From sequence record KX452698: a DNA stretch of 64,000 nucleotides; one strand, given 5' to 3'. Each line of letters opens with the position of its first letter. Position 1 is the first letter of the stretch. Positions 24,755-34,567 of the stretch are shown in pieces. Position numbers and translations under genes: made by a program. Below the pieces are notes generated by a model. It saw nothing but the letters and a program-made list of their open reading frames with translations, was not told the origin of the DNA and searched no databases. Origin of the DNA: Shigella phage KNP5.

Positions 24755-25849
24755 ATGGCAATTGTTAAAGAAATAACTGCTGATTTAATTAAAAAGTCTG
24801 GCGAGACAATTTCAGCTGGACAGAGTACTAAATCAGAAGTAGGAACTAAAACATACACAGCCCAGTTTCCAACTGGGCGTGCTAGTGGGAATGACACTAC
24901 AGGGGACTTCCAGGTAACAGATCTATATAAGAATGGATTATTATTTACTGCATACAATATGTCATCTAGGGATTCTGGAAGTCTCAGAACGATGAGATCT
25001 AACTACTCTTCTTCATCTTCTAGTATTTTACGTACAGCCAGAAACACTATCAGTAATACAGTATCAAAACTGTCAAATGGATTAATATCAGATAATAATT
25101 CAGGAACAATAAGTAAAGTTCCTGTTGCAAATATTCTTTTACCGAGATCTAAATCCGATGTTGATACATCATCACATAGATTTAACGATGTTCAAGATAG
25201 TCTTATTACAAAAGGTGGAGGTACTGCTACTGGTGTGTTAAGCAATATGGCTTCAACTGCAGTATTTGGAGCACTGGAAAGTATAACACAAGGTATAATG
25301 GCTGATAATAATGAACAGATTTATACGACAGCCAGAAGTATGTATGGTGGTGCTGAGAATAGAACTAAAGTGTTCACTTGGGATTTGACTCCGCGTTCCA
25401 CGGAAGATTTAATGGCTATTATTAATATCTATCAATATTTTAACTATTTTTCTTATGGTGAAACGGGTAAATCTCAATATGCTGCTGAAATAAAAGGATA
25501 TCTAGATGAGTGGTATCGCTCTACTTTTATTGAGCCATTAACTCCAGAAGATGCAGTTAAAAATAAGACGTTATTTGAGAAAATGACATCGAGTTTAACT
25601 AACGTTCTTGTAGTTTCAAACCCGACAATTTGGATGGTTAAAAACTTTGGCGCAACTTCTAAATTTGACGGAAAAACAGAAGTGTTTGGACCGTGTCAAA
25701 TTCAAAGTATTAGATTTGATAAAACTCCGAATGGTAATTTTAACGGATTAGCTATTGCTCCTAACCTTCCAAGTTCTTTTACGCTCGAGATTACTATGAG
25801 AGAGATTATCACGTTAAACCGTGCTTCTTTATATACGGGGACTTTCTAA
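24755..25849 (+). CDS. 48: baseplate-tail tube junction protein gp48
   Basis: 364-aa ORF, T4 gp48 length. Confidence 0.92.
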   Translation: MAIVKEITADLIKKSGETISAGQSTKSEVGTKTYTAQFPTGRASGNDTTGDFQVTDLYKNGLLFTAYNMSSRDSGSLRTMRSNYSSSSSSILRTARNTISNTVSKLSNGLISDNNSGTISKVPVANILLPRSKSDVDTSSHRFNDVQDSLITKGGGTATGVLSNMASTAVFGALESITQGIMADNNEQIYTTARSMYGGAENRTKVFTWDLTPRSTEDLMAIINIYQYFNYFSYGETGKSQYAAEIKGYLDEWYRSTFIEPLTPEDAVKNKTLFEKMTSSLTNVLVVSNPTIWMVKNFGATSKFDGKTEVFGPCQIQSIRFDKTPNGNFNGLAIAPNLPSSFTLEITMREIITLNRASLYTGTF

Positions 25850-26814
25850 TGTATTCTTTAGAGGAATTTAATAACCAAGCAATAAACGCAGACTTCCAAC
25901 GTAATAATATGTTTAGCTGCGTTTTTGCCACTACTCCATCAACTAAAAGCTCATCATTAATAAGCTCAATTAGTAACTTTGCTTATAACAACTTGGGGCT
26001 AAATTCAGACTGGTTAGGATTGACTCAAGGCGATATTAATCAGGGAATTACCACGCTAATTACTGCTGGTACACAAAAACTGATAAGAAAATCAGGGGTT
26101 AGTAAATATCTTATTGGTGCAATGAGTCAACGCACAGTTCAAAGTTTATTAGGTTCATTTACAGTTGGTACATATTTAATTGACTTCTTTAACATGGCAT
26201 ATAACTCATCTGGATTGATGATATATTCTGTAAAAATGCCAGAGAATAGATTATCCTATGAAACTGACTGGAACTATAACTCTCCTAATATTCGTATAAC
26301 TGGGAGAGAATTAGACCCTTTGGTTATTTCATTTAGAATGGATTCAGAAGCTTGTAACTATCGTGCAATGCAAGACTGGGTTAACGCTGTTCAAGACCCA
26401 GTAACTGGACTGCGTGCTTTGCCACAAGATGTCGAGGCAGATATTCAGGTTAATCTTCATGCTCGTAATGGATTACCTCATACTGCAGTGATGTTCACCG
26501 GATGCATTCCAATGTCAGTGAGCGCTCCTGAGTTATCATATGATGGAGATAACCAAATAACTACGTTTGATGTTACTTTTGCGTATAGAGTCATGCAGGC
26601 TGGAGCAGTTGATAGACAAGCTGCCCTTGAATGGCTTGAATCTGCTGCTATAAACGGTATTCAAAGCGTTCTCGGAAATAGTGGAGGCGTTACTGGATTA
26701 TCTAATTCGCTTTCACGACTTAGTAGATTAGGAGGAACTGCTGGAAGCATTTCAAACATTAATACTATGACAGGAATTGTCAATTCGCAAAGTAAAATAT
26801 TAGGAGCAATATAA
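25849..26814 (+). CDS. 54: baseplate-tail tube initiator gp54
   Basis: 321-aa ORF; TAATG coupling. Confidence 0.92.
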   Translation: MYSLEEFNNQAINADFQRNNMFSCVFATTPSTKSSSLISSISNFAYNNLGLNSDWLGLTQGDINQGITTLITAGTQKLIRKSGVSKYLIGAMSQRTVQSLLGSFTVGTYLIDFFNMAYNSSGLMIYSVKMPENRLSYETDWNYNSPNIRITGRELDPLVISFRMDSEACNYRAMQDWVNAVQDPVTGLRALPQDVEADIQVNLHARNGLPHTAVMFTGCIPMSVSAPELSYDGDNQITTFDVTFAYRVMQAGAVDRQAALEWLESAAINGIQSVLGNSGGVTGLSNSLSRLSRLGGTAGSISNINTMTGIVNSQSKILGAI

Positions 26815-26817
26815 CAA

Positions 26818-26842
26818 TGGGGACCGAAAGGTCCCCATATTT
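26818..26842. terminator. bidirectional terminator between gene 54 and the minus-strand block
   Basis: GGGGACC-GAAA-GGTCCCC followed by ATATTTTTATTT. Confidence 0.75.
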
Positions 26843-27133
26843 TTATTTACGGAATGAAATAAAAGCAGCAACTGAAGCAACTAAACTGTCTTCAATATAA
26901 ACTTCAATTTTTACCGGAGCTTCTGACTCAAATTTACCTGTTACTACACCTTGGAAAATGCTTTCAGTCTGCTCTGGCTTTGAAAAATTTTCAGAAGGAA
27001 AAATTCCGAACTTTTTATCTGTTCCAAAAATTTTGATAAATTCATCGTAAACTGCTTCATTAAAAGCGTTATCAGCAGGAATAACGCCTTCAACTACAAG
27101 TTCTTGACCTAAAAAGCGTAAAGAAGATTTCAT
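26843..27133 (-). CDS. hypothetical protein downstream of alt genes
   Basis: 96-aa ORF with its own early promoter-leader cassette and SD GAGGA. Confidence 0.65.
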   Translation of the reverse strand: MKSSLRFLGQELVVEGVIPADNAFNEAVYDEFIKIFGTDKKFGIFPSENFSKPEQTESIFQGVVTGKFESEAPVKIEVYIEDSLVASVAAFISFRK

Positions 27134-27140
27134 TTTGTGT

Positions 27141-27194
27141 TCCTCATGTTATGTCAGTAAGACTACTATAACACAACACGAGGGACTTGTAAAC
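27141..27194 (-). repeat. 54-nt promoter-leader cassette, copy 1
   Basis: 53/54 identical to 42893-42946. Confidence 0.9.
27165..27194 (-). promoter_or_regulatory. early promoter (GTTTAC, 18 nt, TATAGT), cassette copy 1
   Basis: minus strand GTTTACAAGTCCCTCGTGTTGTGTTATAGT; -35 overlaps alt-A stop. Confidence 0.65.
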
Positions 27195-29251
27195 TACATC
27201 TTGAACTTTTTAGACATTCCGTTAATGTTAACCAAAGAAGCCAAGATTTGAGAAACTTCGTTTTCCTCTTCTTTTGATTCTTCTACAAGGAATTGATTAA
27301 ACCCAGCCATTGGACGAACTTCGCCAGTTTCCATTAGATGATCGCCATCATATACCGATTCTTCTAATTGTTCAGAAGGAGGAACGATTGTGCCTTCGAT
27401 TAGATACTTGTTATAAGCAGTTTCTTTCATCATGTACGTGCTTACTTTATTAATCTTCAACAAAATTCCACGTGGTAGAATAACTTCAGCTTCTGATGGA
27501 AATCCTGATAAATGACCTGGAACGATAACTTTGATTCGCTCAGCCCCTTTAATTACCATACCTACGCTAGTTTCAGCATCTTCATTCGCATAAGCAGAAT
27601 GACTGCCCATATGCATTAAATCTTCAGCATCAACAGAACCTTCTCCTTCACCAGAAAATACTGCGCCGGAATCATCTAGAGCCATATAGTTTTTACCATG
27701 CTCACCGAAGATATTTGGTTTAAGCGATGTGGATACGAAGTTCTTGAAATAGAACATTTTATTTTCAATATTATGGCGTAAAGTTTTAAAAGTAACTTCT
27801 TGTCCACGATAAAGCGTAGTTCCTGGAGGAAGAACTGATCCTTTGGCGAATGCAGAATCCAGAGTCTCGATGTGTTTAATAGCTCGTTCCATGTATTCTT
27901 CACGGGTAGAATCTGGTTTACCCAAGAGGAACGAGTTCATTTCAACATATGAATCTGCACAATAATCTTCAATTACATCAGACTCAGCCTGAGTCAGTCC
28001 TTTTGGAGTTACTTCGGTGCTTGCGTATTCATATGCCTGAGCAGCAGATTCATTAATCAATTTATAAATGCCATTCATGACAAATTGAATAATAGCTACC
28101 TTTTCGTCTGGCGTAGCTTTAGAACCTTTAACTAAATCATTGATAATTTTCTTAATAACATCAAAGCTATTAGAAATATTAATGTCAGCGAGATCGCTCA
28201 AAATTTTATCGGTTTTATAATCAAAGAATTCTTTATTCTTTAAATATTCTTGAGAACCTTGATATGTTATATCGCTCTGCAGTCTGATAGACGGATCACG
28301 TAAACGTGCATGGGCCAATGCAATATGATTTCGGAAGCTTTCTAGTTCATAATCGTTAGATTTAAAACGAGAAGCACTTCTCATACCACCAATAGCTCCT
28401 TTGCCGAAGTTTGAACCAATCTGAATAACGCCAGAGTTCATTGGTCCTTCTGCTTTATATACCGGAACTTTAGATTCAAACTCTTGATATTTCTTAGCAG
28501 CGAAGCTATCACCCTGAAGTGAAGCATCTACAGTAGAATATTGAGCTTGCGCTGCTAATCGACGACTAATTTTAGTTTTCTGAATAACAGCTTGATCCGT
28601 GCGCTTATCATTTTCTAAAGCAATAGAAGCAGCAACAGCAACAGCTTTAGGAACAGCATTACCTGTTTTGACATCTACATAAACATCACCAACCTTTGAT
28701 TCAACTTTTGTGAATAACTCAGTTGAAATAGGAGGTACACCTGGAATGTCTTCTAAATTGGCATTTTTACGGTAAACCATAATATATGCATACTTTTTAT
28801 CATAATCCCAGATTTCCTTTAAAAGAACATATCGACCTGCTCCTTTAGTACGTACTAAACGGTCAGCAATAACTTGCATTTGACGAGCAGCGCCATTTGT
28901 TTTACTTTTTAGTACGCGGAATAGGCATGCGTCAATTTTATACTGTTTCATTGTTTGAAGAGCAGTATCAAAAACCGCATTAATGACACCAATTGGATTT
29001 CCACCCAAGTTTTTAAGTTTAACTAATGATAGTTTTTCATTAACACCTATCATTACGATATGCATCATTTTATCACCTTGCTTAACGTTTTTATTTGTAT
29101 CACCGCCAGAGGTGTATGTACAAAATCTAAATCCAGGAAGCACGCTTTCTTCACCGGCTTGAATAGCAAAAATTTGAGGTATTTTATGCTTAGGATTTAA
29201 GTTAACAACCGGCGCCGAAGCGCCGTCAAATAATTCTGTAATAAGTTCCAT
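27194..29251 (-). CDS. Alt-like ADP-ribosyltransferase, paralogue A (divergent central region)
   Basis: 685-aa ORF; N-terminus MELITELFD; YRGQ, FVSTSL and SEAEVILPRG (R / STS / ExE context); SD AAGGA 3 nt after upstream stop. Confidence 0.85.
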   Translation of the reverse strand: MELITELFDGASAPVVNLNPKHKIPQIFAIQAGEESVLPGFRFCTYTSGGDTNKNVKQGDKMMHIVMIGVNEKLSLVKLKNLGGNPIGVINAVFDTALQTMKQYKIDACLFRVLKSKTNGAARQMQVIADRLVRTKGAGRYVLLKEIWDYDKKYAYIMVYRKNANLEDIPGVPPISTELFTKVESKVGDVYVDVKTGNAVPKAVAVAASIALENDKRTDQAVIQKTKISRRLAAQAQYSTVDASLQGDSFAAKKYQEFESKVPVYKAEGPMNSGVIQIGSNFGKGAIGGMRSASRFKSNDYELESFRNHIALAHARLRDPSIRLQSDITYQGSQEYLKNKEFFDYKTDKILSDLADINISNSFDVIKKIINDLVKGSKATPDEKVAIIQFVMNGIYKLINESAAQAYEYASTEVTPKGLTQAESDVIEDYCADSYVEMNSFLLGKPDSTREEYMERAIKHIETLDSAFAKGSVLPPGTTLYRGQEVTFKTLRHNIENKMFYFKNFVSTSLKPNIFGEHGKNYMALDDSGAVFSGEGEGSVDAEDLMHMGSHSAYANEDAETSVGMVIKGAERIKVIVPGHLSGFPSEAEVILPRGILLKINKVSTYMMKETAYNKYLIEGTIVPPSEQLEESVYDGDHLMETGEVRPMAGFNQFLVEESKEEENEVSQILASLVNINGMSKKFKM

Positions 29252-29254
29252 GAT

Positions 29255-31312
29255 TTATCCTTGAACGAACTTGTAAGGCATGTTTGCAATATCTATGCAA
29301 GATGCAATAATTCCAAGAGATGATTCTACTTTTTGTTTAACATTTGATGAAACAAATGATGCAAAATCAACTCTGTCTTCTATTTCAATATCACCTGTCA
29401 TTGCAACTACTTCACCGGTTTCCATTAGACGGTCACCGTCATAAATTACTGATTCGGTGAGTTCTTCTGTAGTCATAACTTCAGCTTGAATAAGCTTGTT
29501 GTTAGTTTTAGCTGTTCCATCATTGTAAGATGCGTCGGTTATTTTATTGACTTTGACCATCAATCCACGCGGCAAAATGACTTCCATTTCATTTGAAGGC
29601 GCTAAACTTCCACCTGGTAAAACAACGTTGACTTTATCAGCCCCAGTAATAACCCATCCAATTCCAACTAAATTATCGCTAGAATTAACAAGTCCTTCAT
29701 CGTTTTTATCGATAGAAATGTTTAGACGCTTTTCGTCTGGTAAAACACCCACAGCTGAATCAGTCATCCAAGTACCAAAAATGTTTGGATATAATGATGT
29801 TGATACAAAATTTCTAAAATAAAAAACTCGATTTTTTACCAATGCTTCATATATTGAAGGTAACATTCGCTGTGAACGATATAAAGTAATACCTTTTGGC
29901 AGTCGATCACCATTTTTAAAGGCTGAATCTAAATTATCGATGGCTTGTTCTATTTCTGGTGCTGTTAAAATACTTGTACGCTCATCTGGATTATATAATC
30001 CCAAAAGAGCATTATTCATGTCTACATATCCTGAACCTACGTATTCACGAATTCCGCGTTTTTGTGCCGGTGTGTATTTAGATGAATCTTTATTTTCGAC
30101 TATAGAATGCAATGACCATCCAACGGTAAGAGCATATCCACGTAATTCTCTTCGAATAATCTTTGTTTTTATTGCATTCCAAGAATTTTGCACTAACTCA
30201 TTCGCAGCATCTTGATTTAAATGCGAATGCTTGTTAATATTTCTTTCTAACCAAGCACCTTTATATTTTTCTAAAGTATCATCAACTATAGAAGCAATAG
30301 TTTCTAAAGTTTTTATTGAAGTAATAGATTCTTTTCGTAATCTTTCTAAAGCTTTATTTTTTATTTCTGCATTAACATCAGATTCTTTATCTTCAGGAAT
30401 TATAGAAGCTTCTCTGAATGCCATTCCAGCTGTAACACTATTAAGAGCATTCTCTAATGCAAATCCTGAAGTAGAAATAACAGTTAATTCGTTAGCATCA
30501 GAAATTAAAGGCGCGTCAGCGGGTTTATTTAATTCTGCTGCTGAAGCCTCAAATTTTTGAAACATTGGTGTTTCAAATCTAGAAGATTCTAATGATTGAC
30601 TTTGCGCAATTGCTCTACGGGAAATTTTAACTTTAACGATTACAGCTTGGTCAGAACGTTTATCGTTTTCTTGCGCAATAGATGCTGCAATTGCCTCATT
30701 TTTAGTTACTTGAGCTCCGGTATCTTTATTGATATAAACATCGCCGACCTTCGATTCAACTTTAGTAAAGAGCTCGGTACTAATTTCAGGAACTCCTGGA
30801 ATGTCTTCTAATGATACATTTTTGCGATGTATAAGAATATATGCATACTTTTTATCGTAATCCCAGAGTTCCTTAAGAAGGACGTATCTGCCACCTGAAC
30901 GACTACGGATAAGTCTATCAGCAATAAGTTGAATTTGACGAGCTTGACCAGCAGTTTTAGACTTAAGAATACGGAGCATACAGGCATCAATTTTATACTG
31001 ACGCATCGTCTGCATTGCAACAGTAAAAACTGAATTGATGTAATTAATTGGGCTTGGACCGAGACCTTTTAATTTAGCAATTGAGCCTTTAGCAGTTAAT
31101 GTAAAAGGAACAATATGCATCATTTTATCGCCCATCTTTAAATCGCGATTAGTATCACCTCCAGATGTATAGGTACATAAACGAAAGCCTGGCTGTTCAA
31201 TTGCGTCATCAACATGAACTGAAAAAATTTGTGGTATTTTCTTCTTTGGATTTAAGTTTGTAATCGGAAGAGTAGTATCTTCGTCAAATAATTCTGTAAT
31301 GAGTTCCATCAT
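29255..31312 (-). CDS. alt: Alt ADP-ribosyltransferase, paralogue B
   Basis: 685-aa ORF; MMELITELFD; YRSQ, FVSTSL, NEMEVILPRG; late promoter and SD GAGAGGA upstream. Confidence 0.88.
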   Translation of the reverse strand: MMELITELFDEDTTLPITNLNPKKKIPQIFSVHVDDAIEQPGFRLCTYTSGGDTNRDLKMGDKMMHIVPFTLTAKGSIAKLKGLGPSPINYINSVFTVAMQTMRQYKIDACMLRILKSKTAGQARQIQLIADRLIRSRSGGRYVLLKELWDYDKKYAYILIHRKNVSLEDIPGVPEISTELFTKVESKVGDVYINKDTGAQVTKNEAIAASIAQENDKRSDQAVIVKVKISRRAIAQSQSLESSRFETPMFQKFEASAAELNKPADAPLISDANELTVISTSGFALENALNSVTAGMAFREASIIPEDKESDVNAEIKNKALERLRKESITSIKTLETIASIVDDTLEKYKGAWLERNINKHSHLNQDAANELVQNSWNAIKTKIIRRELRGYALTVGWSLHSIVENKDSSKYTPAQKRGIREYVGSGYVDMNNALLGLYNPDERTSILTAPEIEQAIDNLDSAFKNGDRLPKGITLYRSQRMLPSIYEALVKNRVFYFRNFVSTSLYPNIFGTWMTDSAVGVLPDEKRLNISIDKNDEGLVNSSDNLVGIGWVITGADKVNVVLPGGSLAPSNEMEVILPRGLMVKVNKITDASYNDGTAKTNNKLIQAEVMTTEELTESVIYDGDRLMETGEVVAMTGDIEIEDRVDFASFVSSNVKQKVESSLGIIASCIDIANMPYKFVQG

Positions 31313-31332
31313 ATCCTCTCTAGTGTTTATTC

Positions 31333-31340
31333 TATTTATA
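31333..31340 (-). promoter_or_regulatory. late promoter TATAAATA (alt paralogue pair)
   Basis: plus-strand TATTTATA 21 nt upstream of alt ATG. Confidence 0.65.
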
Positions 31341-31346
31341 AAATTA

Positions 31347-31364
31347 AAGGCCCGAAGGCCTTTA
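31347..31364 (-). terminator. hairpin downstream of the 62-aa ORF, upstream of the alt late promoter
   Basis: AAAGGCC-CGAA-GGCCTTT overlapping the stop codon. Confidence 0.55.
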
Positions 31365-31550
31365 ATAATCTATTGGTAAGAGAGTACGATATATTTCAAA
31401 CTTTGGACCTTTTTCATAGGTATCAAATGTTTCTGTGAATTTATTATAAGCATATGCATCTATAAATTCAATCATAATTTGTGATACAGAAGTAGAAACA
31501 TCTCCGCCTTCTTTTTGAGCAACGACAATTGTTTCTAAGTAAGCTTTCAT
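31362..31550 (-). CDS. hypothetical protein between gene 30 and alt
   Basis: 62-aa ORF; start overlaps ligase stop; terminator hairpin after its stop. Confidence 0.6.
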   Translation of the reverse strand: MKAYLETIVVAQKEGGDVSTSVSQIMIEFIDAYAYNKFTETFDTYEKGPKFEIYRTLLPIDY

Positions 31551-33007
31551 AGACCAGTTACCTCATGAAAATCACCAAATACATCCTCGAATGTATTAGC
31601 TTTAGTTTTATCTTCACGTAAACGAATCGCAATCGGAAGAAATAATTTAACGTAATCAGTGCGGCCATCAGATTTTAACCAACCGTTACATTCGCACTCT
31701 AGAATTTTTCCAATATAATAATTTTGGTTTTCCATGATGCGAGTACGGTCAAGTTCATGCGATTTTACACCGGCTTTATCTTTTAAGCCTGAACCAGCAT
31801 TTACTTTAATTTTTCCACACTCTGATTCAAGAATAAATCCACCCGCTTTAGTAGGGTCTTTACGGTGAGGATAAATTCCTACAATTTTTAAATCAACATC
31901 AATTACTTCTTTAAATTTATAAAGATTTTTTGAACGAGCATTTTCCCATAATCCATCGGTATTTTTGAGAATAATACCTTCAAGACCTTGGTCAATATAC
32001 TTTTTATAAATTACCTTAGCTTCATCTAGGTTATTTACTACCTGGTTTTCAATTAAAATTACTTTATCATATCCTGATGTCATTTGTTCTAGTTTAGAAA
32101 AACGTACATCATATTTTAAACGAAACGCTGGAAGACCGTATATTTCTACCAACGGGACATAATCCCAGACCTGAAACTTCATGCATTTGGCTTCTTTTTC
32201 TGAAATAGTTCCCTTTAAAGATTTATTGGCGATTCCATTAGAAGCAGTACGTGATTCAGCTACTTCGGCAAACTCTTTAACTTTACTATTTTCAGGAGTA
32301 TCAAAAAGAAAATCTAGGCCTTCTGGCTCCTTTTCAACTTGCTCATGGTATACCAATTCGCCATCGATTAACACACCTTCTGGATGAATCTGGCGGGCTT
32401 CTGCAGTCATTTTGATTAACTCTTCCTTAAGAAGATCTAATCCTAGATATTCATTACCAGCTCGTGATAAAAGACGAACATCATCTAATTCATCGCCTCG
32501 GACTTCAGCAAAACACCGAGCTCCATCTGCTTTTAACTGTGCAAAGGCTGGAAATTTGATATTCTTACTAATGCCTTTTTCATCATAAGAACTTGCCAGC
32601 ATTTGAGGTTGTTCAGGAATTAAACCTGGCCAAACTTTGTTTGCAATAGATACTGAAGCACCGCATTCAAGGTCTCGCATCATAACTCGACGCAAAACTT
32701 CAACATCATCCTTTTTACCATCAGTGATATATCCAGTTAATTCCTCAATTGCAGCATTTCCAGTCAATTTCCGAGTAGCTAACGTGAATTCAATGAAGTC
32801 AAGCATATCGGTAATAGTCAGCATTCCAAAACTCTGGGTAGCAATACCGGTCTTAGGCCATTTCTTGATATAATACTGTAACCCACGGGAATAAGTCAGA
32901 CGATATACTCGTTTAAGCAATTCGTTATCTTTATTCTTTTCAAGAATTGCTTGCTTCTGCTTAGTTGATCCAATAGATGCTATTTCATTCAGAATTTTAA
33001 GAATCAT
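31547..33007 (-). CDS. 30: ATP-dependent DNA ligase gp30
   Basis: 486-aa ORF; KxDG adenylation motif (QLKADGAR). Confidence 0.95.
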   Translation of the reverse strand: MILKILNEIASIGSTKQKQAILEKNKDNELLKRVYRLTYSRGLQYYIKKWPKTGIATQSFGMLTITDMLDFIEFTLATRKLTGNAAIEELTGYITDGKKDDVEVLRRVMMRDLECGASVSIANKVWPGLIPEQPQMLASSYDEKGISKNIKFPAFAQLKADGARCFAEVRGDELDDVRLLSRAGNEYLGLDLLKEELIKMTAEARQIHPEGVLIDGELVYHEQVEKEPEGLDFLFDTPENSKVKEFAEVAESRTASNGIANKSLKGTISEKEAKCMKFQVWDYVPLVEIYGLPAFRLKYDVRFSKLEQMTSGYDKVILIENQVVNNLDEAKVIYKKYIDQGLEGIILKNTDGLWENARSKNLYKFKEVIDVDLKIVGIYPHRKDPTKAGGFILESECGKIKVNAGSGLKDKAGVKSHELDRTRIMENQNYYIGKILECECNGWLKSDGRTDYVKLFLPIAIRLREDKTKANTFEDVFGDFHEVTGL

Positions 33008-33273
33008 TGTTCATCCTTCAGAGTTTGATTTACATTTCTATTATAAATCAATTCATCATTAAGCTCAGGCAAAGACCTGTGATATGTAGTTCTAACTTTA
33101 TTTCCTTGCATCCAGTGCTTGACGTAAATGAAACCTTGCTCTACGCATTTTTTAAAAATTCGTTCGTCTTTTTGAGCTCGGAATTCTGGATTGCATCTAA
33201 AGAATTGATTTACGTGACCGTAATCACGTGTAGTATTACCTTCATTTTCATAAATAGTGTGAACGACAAACAT
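33004..33273 (-). CDS. hypothetical protein (30.1-like position)
   Basis: 89-aa ORF coupled to ligase start. Confidence 0.65.
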   Translation of the reverse strand: MFVVHTIYENEGNTTRDYGHVNQFFRCNPEFRAQKDERIFKKCVEQGFIYVKHWMQGNKVRTTYHRSLPELNDELIYNRNVNQTLKDEQ

Positions 33274-34112
33274 TAGAATGCTCCTTGGAAAATATTATCA
33301 CCACAAGTAGGTCTATTATACAAATACTCTATGCCACCAGGTTTAATATAGTTCCATGTCTGAAATGGATGTGTCTGATATGGATGATATAGATGATTAT
33401 AAGGATTAAATCCAGGCGTTCTCCAGGTAGTGTTCCAAGGAAAAGAATCGTTTTTAACCATCTTCTCAATTAAATCTTTTATAGCTTTTTCACTATCAAA
33501 ACTTTCTTTATTTTCCTTCGGTGAAAAAAGCTTATTTTCTACATCATTCCATGTATAAACTCGCTGAGCAGTTTTTGGAATATTGTCACGCTCTCCTCGA
33601 GCCATCCAATAAACAGGAACATTTAATATTTCACTCGCGTGGTCGCAGTGGTGAGCGAGATCGTCAATATAACAAATTACGTTATATTTCTCTTTTGCCT
33701 TTTTAAACAACTCTTCTTTTGAAGAATCATGACCACACATCATTACTTCTGAGAAGGCACCAGGAAAAAGAGCATTCAAATTAAATTGACGATTCAGCAG
33801 AGCGTCAATAGAATCACCCAATGCTGTAACAGCCACAAAATTATAATCTTCTTTTAGTTTGTTAATTACACACAGGGCATCTTTATACGGAGACAAGTAA
33901 CGAATAAAATCTGATCGATTGTATTTTTCAATTAACTTGACGCCAAGTTCTTCATCACAATTAAAGAGTTTACCTGGAGAAATAAATTTCTCATCTTGGA
34001 TCATTTTTAAAATATGTTCTAACGGAAGATTATATTTCTGAGCAAAATAAGGAAGTCCTGATTGCCAGCTTAAACATACTCCATCAATATCAGTTAAAAT
34101 AGTAGGCTTCAT
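33273..34112 (-). CDS. putative HAD-like hydrolase (30.2-like position)
   Basis: 279-aa ORF; N-terminal DxDG motif (LTDIDGV). Confidence 0.7.
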   Translation of the reverse strand: MKPTILTDIDGVCLSWQSGLPYFAQKYNLPLEHILKMIQDEKFISPGKLFNCDEELGVKLIEKYNRSDFIRYLSPYKDALCVINKLKEDYNFVAVTALGDSIDALLNRQFNLNALFPGAFSEVMMCGHDSSKEELFKKAKEKYNVICYIDDLAHHCDHASEILNVPVYWMARGERDNIPKTAQRVYTWNDVENKLFSPKENKESFDSEKAIKDLIEKMVKNDSFPWNTTWRTPGFNPYNHLYHPYQTHPFQTWNYIKPGGIEYLYNRPTCGDNIFQGAF

Positions 34113-34567
34113 AGAGAGTCTCTTAATAGGTTTAACACATCAATAAATTCAGCTTCGGTTAGTATTGTATCATCTTTTGTTAGACCACTAGCCACACTGT
34201 GCTTCAAAACTTTTCCTTTCGAGGCTTGTAATGCATCACGAAAGCCCTTGTTTTGGATCGCTGCTTCAAAATATGCATTTGTGTATAGCTCTTTCCACGC
34301 CAGTGAATATCTTGAAAACGGAACTCCAAGCCAGAAGAGGGTCCCACGGTCCTGAGCTCTAGCATAAGACCTTCCAGCTTGTTGAGCGACAAGCCCGGAT
34401 AACCCAAATATACGTCTTTGCTGTTCAACATTTTTCACCTTACACCCTTGGAGGAATCCTTCGAGACCTCCAAATTGGATACCATCCATAACAAAAGGCC
34501 ATTGGGCGAAATTACTTAGTGCACATGATGGCCATCTAAAATTGCTTCTTATCTCCAACTCAGACAT
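34109..34567 (-). CDS. NADAR/YbiA-like (DUF1768-type) protein
   Basis: 152-aa ORF; LSNFAQWPF..DG..F.GLEGFLQ matches the YbiA/NADAR signature (SNF..WP...DG....E.F.Q..K). Confidence 0.65.
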   Translation of the reverse strand: MSELEIRSNFRWPSCALSNFAQWPFVMDGIQFGGLEGFLQGCKVKNVEQQRRIFGLSGLVAQQAGRSYARAQDRGTLFWLGVPFSRYSLAWKELYTNAYFEAAIQNKGFRDALQASKGKVLKHSVASGLTKDDTILTEAEFIDVLNLLRDSL

